A stretch of 64,000 nucleotides of DNA, taken from Pseudomonas phage HPP-Temi. Positions 10,163-19,982 of this stretch are shown piece by piece; the first letter of the stretch is position 1; every line of letters starts with the position of its first letter. Made by a program: the position numbers and the translations under genes. The notes below the pieces were generated by a model. That model made no database searches and was not told where the DNA came from. It saw nothing but the letters and a program-made list of their open reading frames with translations. The stretch is taken from sequence record PP968062.1. One strand, written 5' to 3'.

Positions 10163-11497
10163 ATGATAAATAATGACATGCGTTACTTACCTCACTCTGG
10201 TCGACGGTATATGGTCAGTCGTTGTGGTAAGGTGTATGATACGAGTGGTATTGAGATAAAGCCTAATGGTGGTAACGTCAGATTAACTTGGTTAAATGGC
10301 GACGATAGTTATTCGGTGGGCATGTTAGTAATTGTAACATACCAGCCTATATACCTACCTGATCACCTTTGGATAAAAATCGAACCTCTTCATCTAGATT
10401 GTGACCCTAACAATAATCATGTCGATAATTTGCGGTATCGTTTCGTAAATGGTAAATTGGAGTATGAAGCAATTCCAGGCTTCTACTATATTCCACATTA
10501 CACCAAATATGTAATCGATATTTACGGAAATATGCTCACTGCTGAAAATGGCAGAGATAAGACTTGGGGTTATGTAAAGTCAGATCTAGAACGTAATTCG
10601 AAAGGTGGATACAGATTTACACGAGTCGTTAATGAACCCGGTGTTAATTCTGTGCTACTTAGACATAGAGCGTTGTGTTTTGTGTTTAAACCAGTTGAGC
10701 GTGCAAGTGATTATGACTTGCTCGTAAACCACATTGATGGCGTACCAGGTAACGATAACTTAGACAATTTGGAATGGGCGACGTATGCAGAGAATAACAA
10801 GCATGCTCACGCCAACGGTCTAAGTGGTGGTAAAGCTAAAGGTGTACTGATGCGTAATATTGAAACCGGTGAACTGAGTAAATTCGCAACCACTAAAGAG
10901 GCGGCGAAAAGTCTTGGGCATGGTTCCAATGCACAAATACGACATCGCTTAAGACATGGTCAAACCATCCACTATCTCGATAATTTACAATTCAAATGGG
11001 ATGATGGTACCGACTGGCTGGATGTGGATATAACCACACCTGCTATTGAATGTAAAATCGGTACAATGATGGCTTCTCGAAATGTCTTAACTGGTGAAGT
11101 CAGAACTTTCGGATCATTTGAAGAAGGTGAGAAATTAACTGGTATTGACAAACAGACGATTGCAATTCATATTCGTGATAATCAGATTGTTCCTTTCCAA
11201 GGTTTTAATTTTGGTTGGTACAAAGAAGGCATGGAATGGCCTATTCATTCTGATATTAACATGAAGGCCTACAAGAAATATCCGACACGTACGCCTGACC
11301 CAATTATTGTGGAAGACATGATACTTGGGGATAAAGTAATCGTGGAAAGTAGGAATGAATTAGCTACTCTTCTTAAGATCAGTCCCAGTTATGCTACTCA
11401 ACTTGTGTCAAACGCAATGATTTATCAGGATAGGTACAAAATGACCTATCATCGTTTACGTGACAACATTTTAGTCCCATCAAGTTGGAATACTTGA
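10163..11497 (+). CDS. HNH homing endonuclease (HNH + AP2/NUMOD-like DNA-binding region)
   Basis: Motif NHIDGVPGNDNLDNLEWATYAENNKHA (H-N-H); SD AGGAGAT before ATG 10163; markedly AT-rich compared with flanks. Confidence 0.8.
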   Translation: MINNDMRYLPHSGRRYMVSRCGKVYDTSGIEIKPNGGNVRLTWLNGDDSYSVGMLVIVTYQPIYLPDHLWIKIEPLHLDCDPNNNHVDNLRYRFVNGKLEYEAIPGFYYIPHYTKYVIDIYGNMLTAENGRDKTWGYVKSDLERNSKGGYRFTRVVNEPGVNSVLLRHRALCFVFKPVERASDYDLLVNHIDGVPGNDNLDNLEWATYAENNKHAHANGLSGGKAKGVLMRNIETGELSKFATTKEAAKSLGHGSNAQIRHRLRHGQTIHYLDNLQFKWDDGTDWLDVDITTPAIECKIGTMMASRNVLTGEVRTFGSFEEGEKLTGIDKQTIAIHIRDNQIVPFQGFNFGWYKEGMEWPIHSDINMKAYKKYPTRTPDPIIVEDMILGDKVIVESRNELATLLKISPSYATQLVSNAMIYQDRYKMTYHRLRDNILVPSSWNT

Positions 11498-11835
11498 TGC
11501 AAACTTCTTTAATTGCCGGGGAAATCCTTAGAGACATGTACACCAAATCCATGTAGTGATACATGGACGGCCAGATTAACTACCTGGGTATGGTAAAAGA
11601 GACATGTATTGGGTGATCCGCAGCGAAGCTTCTCTCTGAGAAGAACGTTCAACGACTATCGAAACCACTGCGCAAGCAGACAAGGGAGTAGAGTAGGATC
11701 AAGTGATCCGAAATGGGAAGCATCCGATCCTCGCAAGAGAAGGATGGTGATATAGTCTCCACATCCAGGGAAAGCCTGGAGCAGCACGTTATAGTGCGGA
11801 TAGAGCGTAACGAACTCTATCGAAGATACTGGATT
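11498..11835 (+). ncRNA. group I self-splicing intron catalytic core (P3-P9)
   Basis: P element AATTGCCGGGGAAATCC 11511-11527; Q GATCCGCAGCG 11615-11625; R GTTCAACGACTATCG 11646-11660; S GATGGTGATATAGTCTCC 11744-11760; P7 GACTA/TAGTC; P9 hairpin CCAGGGAAAGCCTGG 11765-11779; close matches to Tetrahymena/T4 consensus elements. Confidence 0.8.
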
Positions 11836-12063
11836 GTCAGTACTTATCCGAACGTTAGCCAGATTCTCAACATTGCTCGGGAAACAACTGTCATGGAATT
11901 CTCCATGATGAAAGATATCTCTGAGCATCATCGTCGAGAAGTAGGGGTGAACTTAACTGGTGGTCGTGTCAACGCTATTGAGATCTGCCAGAAGATCATG
12001 AAAGCTCCGAAGTTGGATGAGATGTTGAAGCTCTACATGGAGAAGAAGGCTAACTCCCCAAAG
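11797..12063 (+). CDS. putative downstream exon or displaced 3' gene segment (frame of ORF 11713..12066)
   Basis: Only open frame after intron core; candidate 3' splice sites after G at 11781/11796/11832; start coordinate uncertain. Confidence 0.3.
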
Positions 12064-12094
12064 TAACATATCGATGGAAACGCCGCGGAGGATA

Positions 12095-12121
12095 CGAATG
12101 TTCCTCCGTTGGTGATAAGCG
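12095..12121 (+). other. hairpin CGGAGGA-tacgaatg-TCCTCCG containing SD-like GGAGG
   Basis: 7-bp inverted repeat 23 nt upstream of ORF 12144. Confidence 0.3.
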
Positions 12122-12143
12122 GTTCTCTGCTCTTAATGCTCAA

Positions 12144-12431
12144 ATGCCAGATGGTCGTACAATCGAGATGCACTATCAATGTGACATCAAAGGTTATGAA
12201 CCAGGTGGTACTAATTGGAAGCTTGGTAAAGGTAAACCTCCATTAGCTTCTATAAACTCCTGGGAGGCCTATTACGGGCTTTGGGAGACTTGGGCTAAGG
12301 CAAACCCTGACTTGATGAAAGAACTTCGTATAGGAGCCGATAAGAACGAAGGATATCTTTCTGATGTCTTTGCATCGACTAGTATTTCACAGGCTCGTGC
12401 TCTAGCAGAACTTTTGAACAAAGGCTATTGA
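12144..12431 (+). CDS. hypothetical small protein (95 aa)
   Basis: ORF track; weak SD; ends at hairpin 12441-12459. Confidence 0.35.
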   Translation: MPDGRTIEMHYQCDIKGYEPGGTNWKLGKGKPPLASINSWEAYYGLWETWAKANPDLMKELRIGADKNEGYLSDVFASTSISQARALAELLNKGY

Positions 12432-12436
12432 CAACA

Positions 12437-12468
12437 TATTGCCCGGCTTAAGGCCGGGCTTTATGTCG
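12437..12468. terminator. bidirectional hairpin (GCCCGGC-ttaag-GCCGGGC) + CTTTATGTCG
   Basis: Near-identical, inverted copy of element at 5008-5040; between convergent genes. Confidence 0.7.
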
Positions 12469-13122
12469 TTAAGCTTTACCAATCAAATCTAGAACAGGTC
12501 GCCAACCATAGTTAGCCATACCTGAATCAGCTATTTCGGTCGTGGTACCGATTAGCTGGTTATACCCGCGTGCGCGGTGAAACTGTGGATCAGCAGCGGA
12601 TTCTTCTTGGACCCAGCAAGCACTTCCTACTACAGAGGGAGCACACCCCAATTCAACATTCGTGAAACTAGCTAATACTGGATTATAGTTAGCTGACCTA
12701 CCCACGCCTAGTGGATACATCCAACGCTCCCACTCGCCACCCCAACTTATCGTGTTAGATACAACATTCTTAGTTGTACCGGTCATAACTCGAACACGAA
12801 ACTGATGTCTACCGATTTGGATGATCTTACCAAAGATAAGATCTTTCGCATTTAGTTCAGTCCATCGAATGTTGTTTCTCAATTGCTGTTTAGCAATGTA
12901 GATAAGTTTCCCGTTTTCCACCATTTTTAACCAACCGCCCGCGGTTGCAATAGGCGTACCTTCGGTGATACCAACGAGGTTAGCAAAAGCCAAAGGTCCA
13001 GGTAAGCCTTCTACAAACTCACCATAAAAGCCATGGAGAGAACTACCAGAGATAAGTTCTTGCGGGCCAGGTGGTAATGTGTCATCGTACATCTTAAGTA
13101 CGGAAAGCAATGACTCGAACAT
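12469..13122 (-). CDS. hypothetical protein with MFESLL N-terminus (possible fiber/receptor-binding C-domain)
   Basis: ORF track; N-terminal MFESLLSVL shared with 54409..55326. Confidence 0.65.
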   Translation of the reverse strand: MFESLLSVLKMYDDTLPPGPQELISGSSLHGFYGEFVEGLPGPLAFANLVGITEGTPIATAGGWLKMVENGKLIYIAKQQLRNNIRWTELNAKDLIFGKIIQIGRHQFRVRVMTGTTKNVVSNTISWGGEWERWMYPLGVGRSANYNPVLASFTNVELGCAPSVVGSACWVQEESAADPQFHRARGYNQLIGTTTEIADSGMANYGWRPVLDLIGKA

Positions 13123-13162
13123 ATGTAATCCTGCTCTTCTAAAAACCTATACCGTTGACGGC

Positions 13163-13190
13163 ATAAGCCCTCCCCGAAGGGAGGGCGTTA
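13163..13190 (-). terminator. hairpin GCCCTCCC-cgaa-GGGAGGGC
   Basis: 8-bp GC stem immediately 3' of minus gene 13194..14639. Confidence 0.65.
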
Positions 13191-13193
13191 TGT

Positions 13194-14639
13194 TTATTGT
13201 ACTTGTTGGAAGTACTGGAGCAGCAGAGGCTGGCGCTTGGTCGGGAATAGGGATACCAGACTCGGAACGTCGTACTGGGTACGAGCTTCTTTGTTCTCAT
13301 CAGCGAAGATGAAGAACAGAGTCAGAATCTGGATATGGGATTCCTGCACACCACCTTGTACGCTAAGGCCGTCGGTGAAACGGAAAGCGTGGCTGTCATC
13401 AAACAGACCAGGAGATTGGCGGTTCTCGGTAATGAACTTACGAACGATCTCCATGCCATTCTTGAAGCCAATCGGATCTTCAAGGTTGATAACATAACGA
13501 ATAACGTTGTCGAGTTGCTTCTGGGCCATGACACCAGTTTGGGGAGTCAAGGGTTTGCCAGGAGCACAGATCTCTTTGTATTTCTTGAGAGTTTCTTCGA
13601 TGTAGGATTGGTTCACTTCGGTAAGTCCTTCGTAGGAGAGTTGGATACGAACAGCTTCGACGTCTACTTTCGGAGCAGCCGCAGTCGGAATAGCACCGGT
13701 CAGATGAATGGTTTCAGTGGTTTGACCAGTTTGAGCTTTGTAAGCCAGGATAACGTCTTCAGGAGCATTGCTCTTGCTAACCAGAATCAGACGCTCTTTC
13801 AGTTCAACTGCAAGAGACGGTTCACTGGTAGCACCTTCAGGCCGGATCTCACCAAGAGCCCAGCTTTCGAGTTCTTGAGTAGTCCACTGAGTTGCCTTAC
13901 GAGCAAAACGAGTGATGTCAGATTTCCAAGCACCTTTAGAAGTTTTGTCGGGAACAATACCGCTAACAAGGAACTCTTTGCACTGCTGTGGATTCCAAGC
14001 GAGGTCGAGAGTAGCTTCACGGCGTTGATGTTCAACAATAACTTCTTTCAGAACATTGTAACGAACATCTTCAACAAGCTCACCTTTGATATACTGTTCG
14101 AGTTCTTCTTTAGTCCAACCCGATACCGGAGTATCAACTAGAGGTTTGACTTCCTCAACTACCTCTGGTTCAGAAATAGCTGTGGTAGCTTCTTCTCGAA
14201 GAAGATCGACTAGAGCAGGAGTAGGTTCTGGATCAGCCAGCTCTTCTTCTGTTTCACCTTCGGGAGGAAAATCAGTAGTCTCTTCGAGATCACTTTCTTC
14301 TTCGCCTTTGGGATCATCGCCATCTTCGGCTTCAAGACGAGCTAGCTCCATCTCGGATTCCGTGTCGGTATCGAACTTATCAACAACTTCACTGCAAGTC
14401 AACATCCGACCGTCGTCATCATAGAACGCCTCACGGTGGAGTGCAGCTAGAACAGGAGCTACGACCGCTGCTACTTCGTTGTCATCATGATCTTCGAAGG
14501 CAGCTTGTAGATCTTCAAAAGAAAGGGGACCGTATTCAGCCGGAGGCTCTTGGGGAGTTTCCGGAATAACGGAGGTAACAGGCTCTACAGGTTTAGTAAC
14601 GGTAGGGATAGAGAAACCACGATTGCGATTTTTAGCCAT
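13194..14639 (-). CDS. hypothetical acidic protein (481 aa)
   Basis: Long ORF, Glu/Asp-rich central region. Confidence 0.75.
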   Translation of the reverse strand: MAKNRNRGFSIPTVTKPVEPVTSVIPETPQEPPAEYGPLSFEDLQAAFEDHDDNEVAAVVAPVLAALHREAFYDDDGRMLTCSEVVDKFDTDTESEMELARLEAEDGDDPKGEEESDLEETTDFPPEGETEEELADPEPTPALVDLLREEATTAISEPEVVEEVKPLVDTPVSGWTKEELEQYIKGELVEDVRYNVLKEVIVEHQRREATLDLAWNPQQCKEFLVSGIVPDKTSKGAWKSDITRFARKATQWTTQELESWALGEIRPEGATSEPSLAVELKERLILVSKSNAPEDVILAYKAQTGQTTETIHLTGAIPTAAAPKVDVEAVRIQLSYEGLTEVNQSYIEETLKKYKEICAPGKPLTPQTGVMAQKQLDNVIRYVINLEDPIGFKNGMEIVRKFITENRQSPGLFDDSHAFRFTDGLSVQGGVQESHIQILTLFFIFADENKEARTQYDVPSLVSLFPTKRQPLLLQYFQQVQ

Positions 14640-14673
14640 GGGTATTTCCTAGTTTGTGAATAGTCAAAGAATT

Positions 14674-14696
14674 AGGGGAATTGGTAAGATTCCCCT
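14674..14696 (-). terminator. hairpin AGGGGAAT-loop-ATTCCCCT
   Basis: 8-bp stem 3' of minus gene 14702..16045. Confidence 0.6.
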
Positions 14697-14701
14697 TAGT
14701 C

Positions 14702-16045
14702 TTAAGAGAGTCGGCGGACAGGGTCCCATTTAACAGTCTTCAGGGTAGCACTGTGCATCTTCTTCAGAAAGATACTCAGGAAGCGACCACCCACCCCAGC
14801 GGCAGCTGCGGGAATACCGTTTGGGTTCTCAGCAAGAGCTTTACCTGCACAAGTAGCACAGATGTTTTTGTCTCGACCAAGAATACCTTTCTCAACGTCG
14901 CGACCGGTCTTACAAGTCATTGGCCCACGAACATCGATAATATCCCCCATCAGTCCATCAATGTTTTCAGATGTAATCAGAATGGATTCCCCATTCTTAA
15001 CCATCGTGTAACCGACAAGTTCTTTTGCATTGAACTTATCAACACGGGTCGGAACACCGATATGAGTTTTGCAGTCCGGTTCGATAATCCGTACAGTACC
15101 AACCATTCGATAAATCGTCTTAGTCGATTCACCACCCAGAGCAGTCTGAGCACCACGGCTATAGGAACCATAACGCAGAGAGTTGTTCATTACAGGCATG
15201 TGGTCTGTATCGATACCTTCTTCGAGAGATTTAGAGATCAACTCAACAGAAGTACCATCAGAGAACGGAGATTCACCACCAAATAAATAGTGAACTTTCT
15301 TACGGACACCACCGAAGAGCTTAGCGTGTTTAGCATCGTAGAATTCATACGACTCGTCATCAGCCAAATACCCTTCATCCAGCTTGATCAGTTCGTTACC
15401 GATCTTAGCCACGATGGCTGGATCAGTAAGCTGGTCTTTATACTGTTCCAGAAGAGCAGCACGGACCTTATCGCGATCAGGGTGGGCAGTCATCGACTTA
15501 CGAGTTACCGACGTCACAAGGCTGTCTGCATACGCAGGAATAGCCAAGCAATGGTCAGCGAACATTAGATACTGCCAAACATAGATCTTACCGTCAGGAG
15601 CACGTTCAGTAACGTTACCATCCTCACGGTCATCGATCATTCGGTCCAGGAGTTCGTTCTCAATCTTGGACGGACTGAAATAGCCAGTCTGGAATGGGAA
15701 GATATCTCCGAAAGGAATTACCAAGCAAAGGTAGTTAACGAATACGTTACCATAGGTAGTGCGTACAGGCTCGGTACCTTTATAGTTCTCGATTTCACCC
15801 GGTTGAAGGATGAATTCATCGCGGAAGTGCAGAGGTGCACGTCCTTCAATGTAATCTTCGATGTAGATCTTTTCATCGCCATTAGGCATGTAGAACCACA
15901 TCCGCCCTTCACCGAAGTGGGGCTTGTACGGCATGTCGGGAACGTCGTCATTATTAAGAACAACGTTGAACAAACTGTTCATCCAAGCACGCTTCTTACA
16001 GAGACCAGCTTTGATCCCTAAAAGGAAATAGTCACGCAGTTTCAT
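14702..16045 (-). CDS. multisubunit RNAP beta' subunit, C-terminal segment (paralog 1, likely virion RNAP)
   Basis: VRGPMTCKTG...CATCAGKALAENPNGIPAAAAGVGGRFLSIFLKKMH aligns to bacterial beta' VRSVVSC...CAHCYGRDLA...[23 protein letters not shown] region. Confidence 0.65.
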   Translation of the reverse strand: MKLRDYFLLGIKAGLCKKRAWMNSLFNVVLNNDDVPDMPYKPHFGEGRMWFYMPNGDEKIYIEDYIEGRAPLHFRDEFILQPGEIENYKGTEPVRTTYGNVFVNYLCLVIPFGDIFPFQTGYFSPSKIENELLDRMIDDREDGNVTERAPDGKIYVWQYLMFADHCLAIPAYADSLVTSVTRKSMTAHPDRDKVRAALLEQYKDQLTDPAIVAKIGNELIKLDEGYLADDESYEFYDAKHAKLFGGVRKKVHYLFGGESPFSDGTSVELISKSLEEGIDTDHMPVMNNSLRYGSYSRGAQTALGGESTKTIYRMVGTVRIIEPDCKTHIGVPTRVDKFNAKELVGYTMVKNGESILITSENIDGLMGDIIDVRGPMTCKTGRDVEKGILGRDKNICATCAGKALAENPNGIPAAAAGVGGRFLSIFLKKMHSATLKTVKWDPVRRLS

Positions 16046-16916
16046 TTAGCTGCCCCATTTTGATTTCGATCTCACGGATCTCACGTTCCATAATCATTCG
16101 TTCCATGTCGTTCTCAGTGTATTCATCGAGAGACATCTTGACAGTACGGAAGATACCATCCAGGGGAAGATCGGAGAAGAATGCCAGGCCAACCATTTCA
16201 TAGGCTGCTGCTTGAGCACCTTTATTATCGAGTGAGTCCATGCTACTGGTCAGGAGTTCTAGCCAAGGACGACCGATACGCATACCTGCATTAGAGAGTT
16301 CCAGAACCATACTGAACTTATCACGACCCAGAGTAGATAGGAGACGGTTCAGTACACGGATACGAGATACAGGTGCGGTATATTCATCGACATGACCACG
16401 AGTCATCATTGTATCCTGAACGAGTCCTTTCAAAGCCTCAACAAACGATACAGATACTTCTTGAATCAATGGCCACATCTCATCAAAAGATTGACGTTCA
16501 AACATTGGTACAAGATGAGCAAGGATCTCTTCATTATCGAAGTCTCCTTGTAGGATCAATTCAATCTGATCCGGAAGAATATAGTGAGGTATGCCCAAGA
16601 TGGTACGAACTACAGCAAGACGTTGTTCTTGAGTAGCTTCATCCGATACCTTAATTTCATGGGCAGCCAGGACTTGATCATGTGCCACACGAATGATGTC
16701 GTCGATACGACCGAGTAACATCATTGTGTCAGCATAGTCATCCGCAATCGAACAGACTGTATGCAGTTCATCCAGAGCTGCCGAGTAATCCATTTCCTCT
16801 AGGGAAGCTACACAGTCGAGCATGATTTCTTTACGTTCTTCCATCACCAGAGGAGTGAGGATACTATCAAGCATTTCTTTCATTGGAATTATCCTGTATA
16901 AATGAATATCTAACAT
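16032..16916 (-). CDS. hypothetical protein (294 aa)
   Basis: ORF track; 14-nt overlap with downstream gene. Confidence 0.6.
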   Translation of the reverse strand: MLDIHLYRIIPMKEMLDSILTPLVMEERKEIMLDCVASLEEMDYSAALDELHTVCSIADDYADTMMLLGRIDDIIRVAHDQVLAAHEIKVSDEATQEQRLAVVRTILGIPHYILPDQIELILQGDFDNEEILAHLVPMFERQSFDEMWPLIQEVSVSFVEALKGLVQDTMMTRGHVDEYTAPVSRIRVLNRLLSTLGRDKFSMVLELSNAGMRIGRPWLELLTSSMDSLDNKGAQAAAYEMVGLAFFSDLPLDGIFRTVKMSLDEYTENDMERMIMEREIREIEIKMGQLNETA

Positions 16917-17007
16917 ACGGTTAGGTTGCTGGTATTCTTTATAAACCGTGAAAAGTTACGTTTCCTGTTACATCTATGTTACTACACTATTTCCCAATGG
17001 AGCTTCA

Positions 17008-17604
17008 ATGACTAAGTTTAGTGAAATGCCGTTTAATCTGATGGACACTGCACATCATCCAAAGCCTACTCCTGAAGATGAAGCGAGACTCTCTGAAGCC
17101 CTTGATAAAATCTTTTCCCGTAATCCGCAAATGGAGCACAATCAAATGACCGCACTAACCCCGAAAGAACAACTGGACCAAGCAGTAGAAGCCTCCGCAG
17201 TTGCTGCTCAACAACTGATAAAAGAAGATGGCTGGGCTATCCTTCGTGAACTGTATCGCGAGACGGCTATTGCCCTCAACGCTACCTCTATTGTTGTTCT
17301 CCCGGCTTTGGACCGTCGTGAAGAAATCCTGGGCAAACTCAGTGATCCTGAAGGCTTCTCGAAAGACCTGCAAAACTGCATGGCTGACGTTGAGCAGATG
17401 ATCAACGCCCTGGGAGCTCTTCGTGTTCTTCATGTAGACAAAACTGGTATTCCGGAACTGGCTGATCTCGATCTGATCGGTAAGCTAACTCTGGGCTATG
17501 CAAATCTCCAACACAAGATCGAAACAGGTGTTCAGCCTCTGCTGCTGGCTCTGGTCGCCAAAATGCAAGAAGCTGGTGTAGACACTGTTTCCTTCGTGAA
17601 ATAA
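17008..17604 (+). CDS. hypothetical protein
   Basis: ORF track 16948..17604; ATG 17008 preceded by GGAG. Confidence 0.6.
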   Translation: MTKFSEMPFNLMDTAHHPKPTPEDEARLSEALDKIFSRNPQMEHNQMTALTPKEQLDQAVEASAVAAQQLIKEDGWAILRELYRETAIALNATSIVVLPALDRREEILGKLSDPEGFSKDLQNCMADVEQMINALGALRVLHVDKTGIPELADLDLIGKLTLGYANLQHKIETGVQPLLLALVAKMQEAGVDTVSFVK

Positions 17605-17615
17605 GGTAATACAAA

Positions 17616-19217
17616 ATGCAAGAGCTTGATATGGATAAAGAAGACAATTACCCAGCTGAGGGTAATTGGGAACAACAAGCTGGTGCAGCAGAACAGGGAC
17701 CTACGGGTCCCACTCTGCCAGATGCCCCTGCTTCGGAAGAAGTAGCCTCTACTCCTCCTCCGGAACTTCCTCCTCTGGATATCGATCAGAAGGAAGTAAG
17801 TTTTACTGAATCTCGTAAGTGCTTCAGTGAGGCAATTCCTGGTTCCGCCTCTCTGATGAGTTTCATCCTTGAAAATCCCATCACCTTCAACAAAGTTCTG
17901 GAACGCCACAGTGCTCTCCTGAACGGAATGCAACAAGGTGATCTTACCACTACTAATAGCGATCGCGATTGGCTGATCTCTCTGGTGTCTGGTATGAACC
18001 ACACCAACCTTGACCCGACTCCTATCGGCGGCACTGAACGTCAAGGTTCTCACTGGCAACAAGGTATCTCGGCTCACGATGGTGACAATCTGATTCGTCC
18101 GGGTCGTCCTTCTCAGAAGATCGATCGTAATAAACGTCACAGCAAAGAAGAGCTCCTGGCTTACCTAGCTAAGAAGTCTGGTCTGGGTGCTACCTACGAA
18201 GCATTTATGCCTCGTTCTGGTATCTGGCTGCGCCTGCGTGCTCCGACTCTCTCTGAAGTCGTAGCTCTGCAAACCGAGATGCAACAAGTTAAACTGCGTC
18301 TGGGTATGCAAACCAAAGGCATGTCGTTCTCGAACGCTGGTTCCGTAATGATGGACGCAATGACTAACCTGGCTCTGTCCTGTGTTATTGCTTCTAACAA
18401 GTCTTACGTAACTCCGTCTGACCTGGAACACGAACTGTCGATCTTCGACGAAGCACTGTTGCACCACGCACTAGCTTCTACCATGTACATCGATGGTTTC
18501 AACTACGACGTACCGTGTATCGCTGATCCGGATAACTGTACCGCTCGCATCACTGCTAAGCTGAACATGTCTTCGATCGTTTGGTTCGATAACACTGTAT
18601 TCAGTACTGAACAACGTAAGTTCATCGCTAAGAAATTTGCACCTGCTACTGATGAAGACTTCAAAGCTTATCGTGAAGGCTTTGGTATCGGTGGTAAGCG
18701 AGTGTTCTGGTTCGGTGACATCGGTGTTCGTCTGGCTATCCCGACCATCGCTCAACGTAAGATGGCTGCTTCCCAGTGGTCTCAGACTCTGATCGAAATG
18801 TCTCAAGGTACTTTCAACGAGCCACCTCATGGCATACAGCGTTCTGCTTACATTGATAAGCTGAGCAAAGCTACCATCGCTATGCAATACGCTCACTGGG
18901 TCGATGCTATCTACGAGAAAGACGATGAAGTAGAAGACTTTGACGACCAACTGATTTCCGATGATGAAGAGATCATTAGTGACTATCTGGCGAATACCTT
19001 GAGTGACCCTCAGTACTCCGATGACTTCTTTGAATCGGTTCATGAATACACTAACTCCTGTGTACTCGCAATCGTTGCTCTGCCTTCGCATAACTGCAAG
19101 CAGTGCAAAGGTCCTCAAGGCCAGGCATTCAACGAACGATTCCCGCACCTTGTACCGCTCGATCTGATGGCAATATTTTTCACGTTGGCGGGCCAGAAAG
19201 CCAAGCACCTGGAGTAA
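17616..19217 (+). CDS. hypothetical protein (533 aa)
   Basis: ORF with SD TAAGGTAA; acidic/Pro-rich N-terminus. Confidence 0.75.
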   Translation: MQELDMDKEDNYPAEGNWEQQAGAAEQGPTGPTLPDAPASEEVASTPPPELPPLDIDQKEVSFTESRKCFSEAIPGSASLMSFILENPITFNKVLERHSALLNGMQQGDLTTTNSDRDWLISLVSGMNHTNLDPTPIGGTERQGSHWQQGISAHDGDNLIRPGRPSQKIDRNKRHSKEELLAYLAKKSGLGATYEAFMPRSGIWLRLRAPTLSEVVALQTEMQQVKLRLGMQTKGMSFSNAGSVMMDAMTNLALSCVIASNKSYVTPSDLEHELSIFDEALLHHALASTMYIDGFNYDVPCIADPDNCTARITAKLNMSSIVWFDNTVFSTEQRKFIAKKFAPATDEDFKAYREGFGIGGKRVFWFGDIGVRLAIPTIAQRKMAASQWSQTLIEMSQGTFNEPPHGIQRSAYIDKLSKATIAMQYAHWVDAIYEKDDEVEDFDDQLISDDEEIISDYLANTLSDPQYSDDFFESVHEYTNSCVLAIVALPSHNCKQCKGPQGQAFNERFPHLVPLDLMAIFFTLAGQKAKHLE

Positions 19218-19282
19218 TCAACGAGGACCCCCGTCATAGTCGTCTGACAATTAACTTGGATGACTATAACGGGCACGTCACA

Positions 19283-19678
19283 ATGAACTCTTTCGGTCGT
19301 AGGACATCTAACGGTAAGAGTGCATTCGATGAACTCGTGCGGACGCTAGGAGCCGTAAGGCCAGTTATCGCTGAGATGATGACGCGCAAGGCTTATCATA
19401 AAGACTATGGTATTTTCGATCACGATTCAGATGAAGCAGATCCTTTGGACTTGGTTCGCCTGCATCCTAAAGAAAACATCATTGAAGGTGGACCTGAGCG
19501 TACTTGGATTCGTAAATTCGTTAACTACAAGATCAATGAGATCTACGGAGTGTCGTTATTAGACTTCTTCGAGATTCCATTTAACCATTGCCTGTTTATG
19601 GTTGAACTCGCTGAGTCAAAAGCTCTGCAAGGTAGTATTCAGGCTAGACAGCTTGAGAAAGATCTTGGACTGAAATAA
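19283..19678 (+). CDS. hypothetical protein (start uncertain)
   Basis: ORF track 19103..19678 begins with GTG overlapping previous gene; first ATG at 19283. Confidence 0.4.
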   Translation: MNSFGRRTSNGKSAFDELVRTLGAVRPVIAEMMTRKAYHKDYGIFDHDSDEADPLDLVRLHPKENIIEGGPERTWIRKFVNYKINEIYGVSLLDFFEIPFNHCLFMVELAESKALQGSIQARQLEKDLGLK

Positions 19679-19689
19679 AAAAAAAATAA

Positions 19690-19727
19690 GGCATACGCCC
19701 TCTCCCGAAGGAGAGGGCTATATGTCG
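19690..19727. terminator. hairpin GCCCTCTCC-cgaa-GGAGAGGGC + CTATATGTCG; A10 tract upstream
   Basis: 9-bp stem; minus RNA gets U10 tail; same stem sequence recurs at 61332. Confidence 0.75.
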
Positions 19728-19729
19728 TC

Positions 19730-19969
19730 TTACACTTGCGCTTCGATCATCATGAAAAGACCACCCAAGAAGAGGGTTAACAACGCAACGATTGCAGCGC
19801 CCCACATGAGGACAGTGCAGATTGTGTTGATACGGTCCAACATGATTCGATCTTTCTTGGGTAGACGAGTACGACGGATATCGTCATCGTCTTTCACCAG
19901 TTTGGCTACAAACAAAGAGCCTGCAATAACTGCAAGCGCGATCCACCAGACGAGCATGATGGCTTCCAT
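19730..19969 (-). CDS. small membrane protein (2 TM)
   Basis: Hydrophobic helices; part of 6-gene AT-rich cluster. Confidence 0.55.
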   Translation of the reverse strand: MEAIMLVWWIALAVIAGSLFVAKLVKDDDDIRRTRLPKKDRIMLDRINTICTVLMWGAAIVALLTLFLGGLFMMIEAQV

Positions 19970-19982
19970 GATGAACTCCTTG

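Larger units (their letters stand above)
10114..11835 (+). mobile_element. group I intron + HNH homing endonuclease cassette (boundaries approximate)
   Basis: AT-rich HNH ORF followed directly by group I catalytic core; lies between pol-exo gene stop and a downstream in-frame ORF. Confidence 0.55.

Noticed and set aside
11713-11796. ATG at 11713 as a genuine start of the 117-aa ORF
   Set aside because: It lies inside the group I intron core between the R and S elements. Only the portion after the 3' splice region can be exon.
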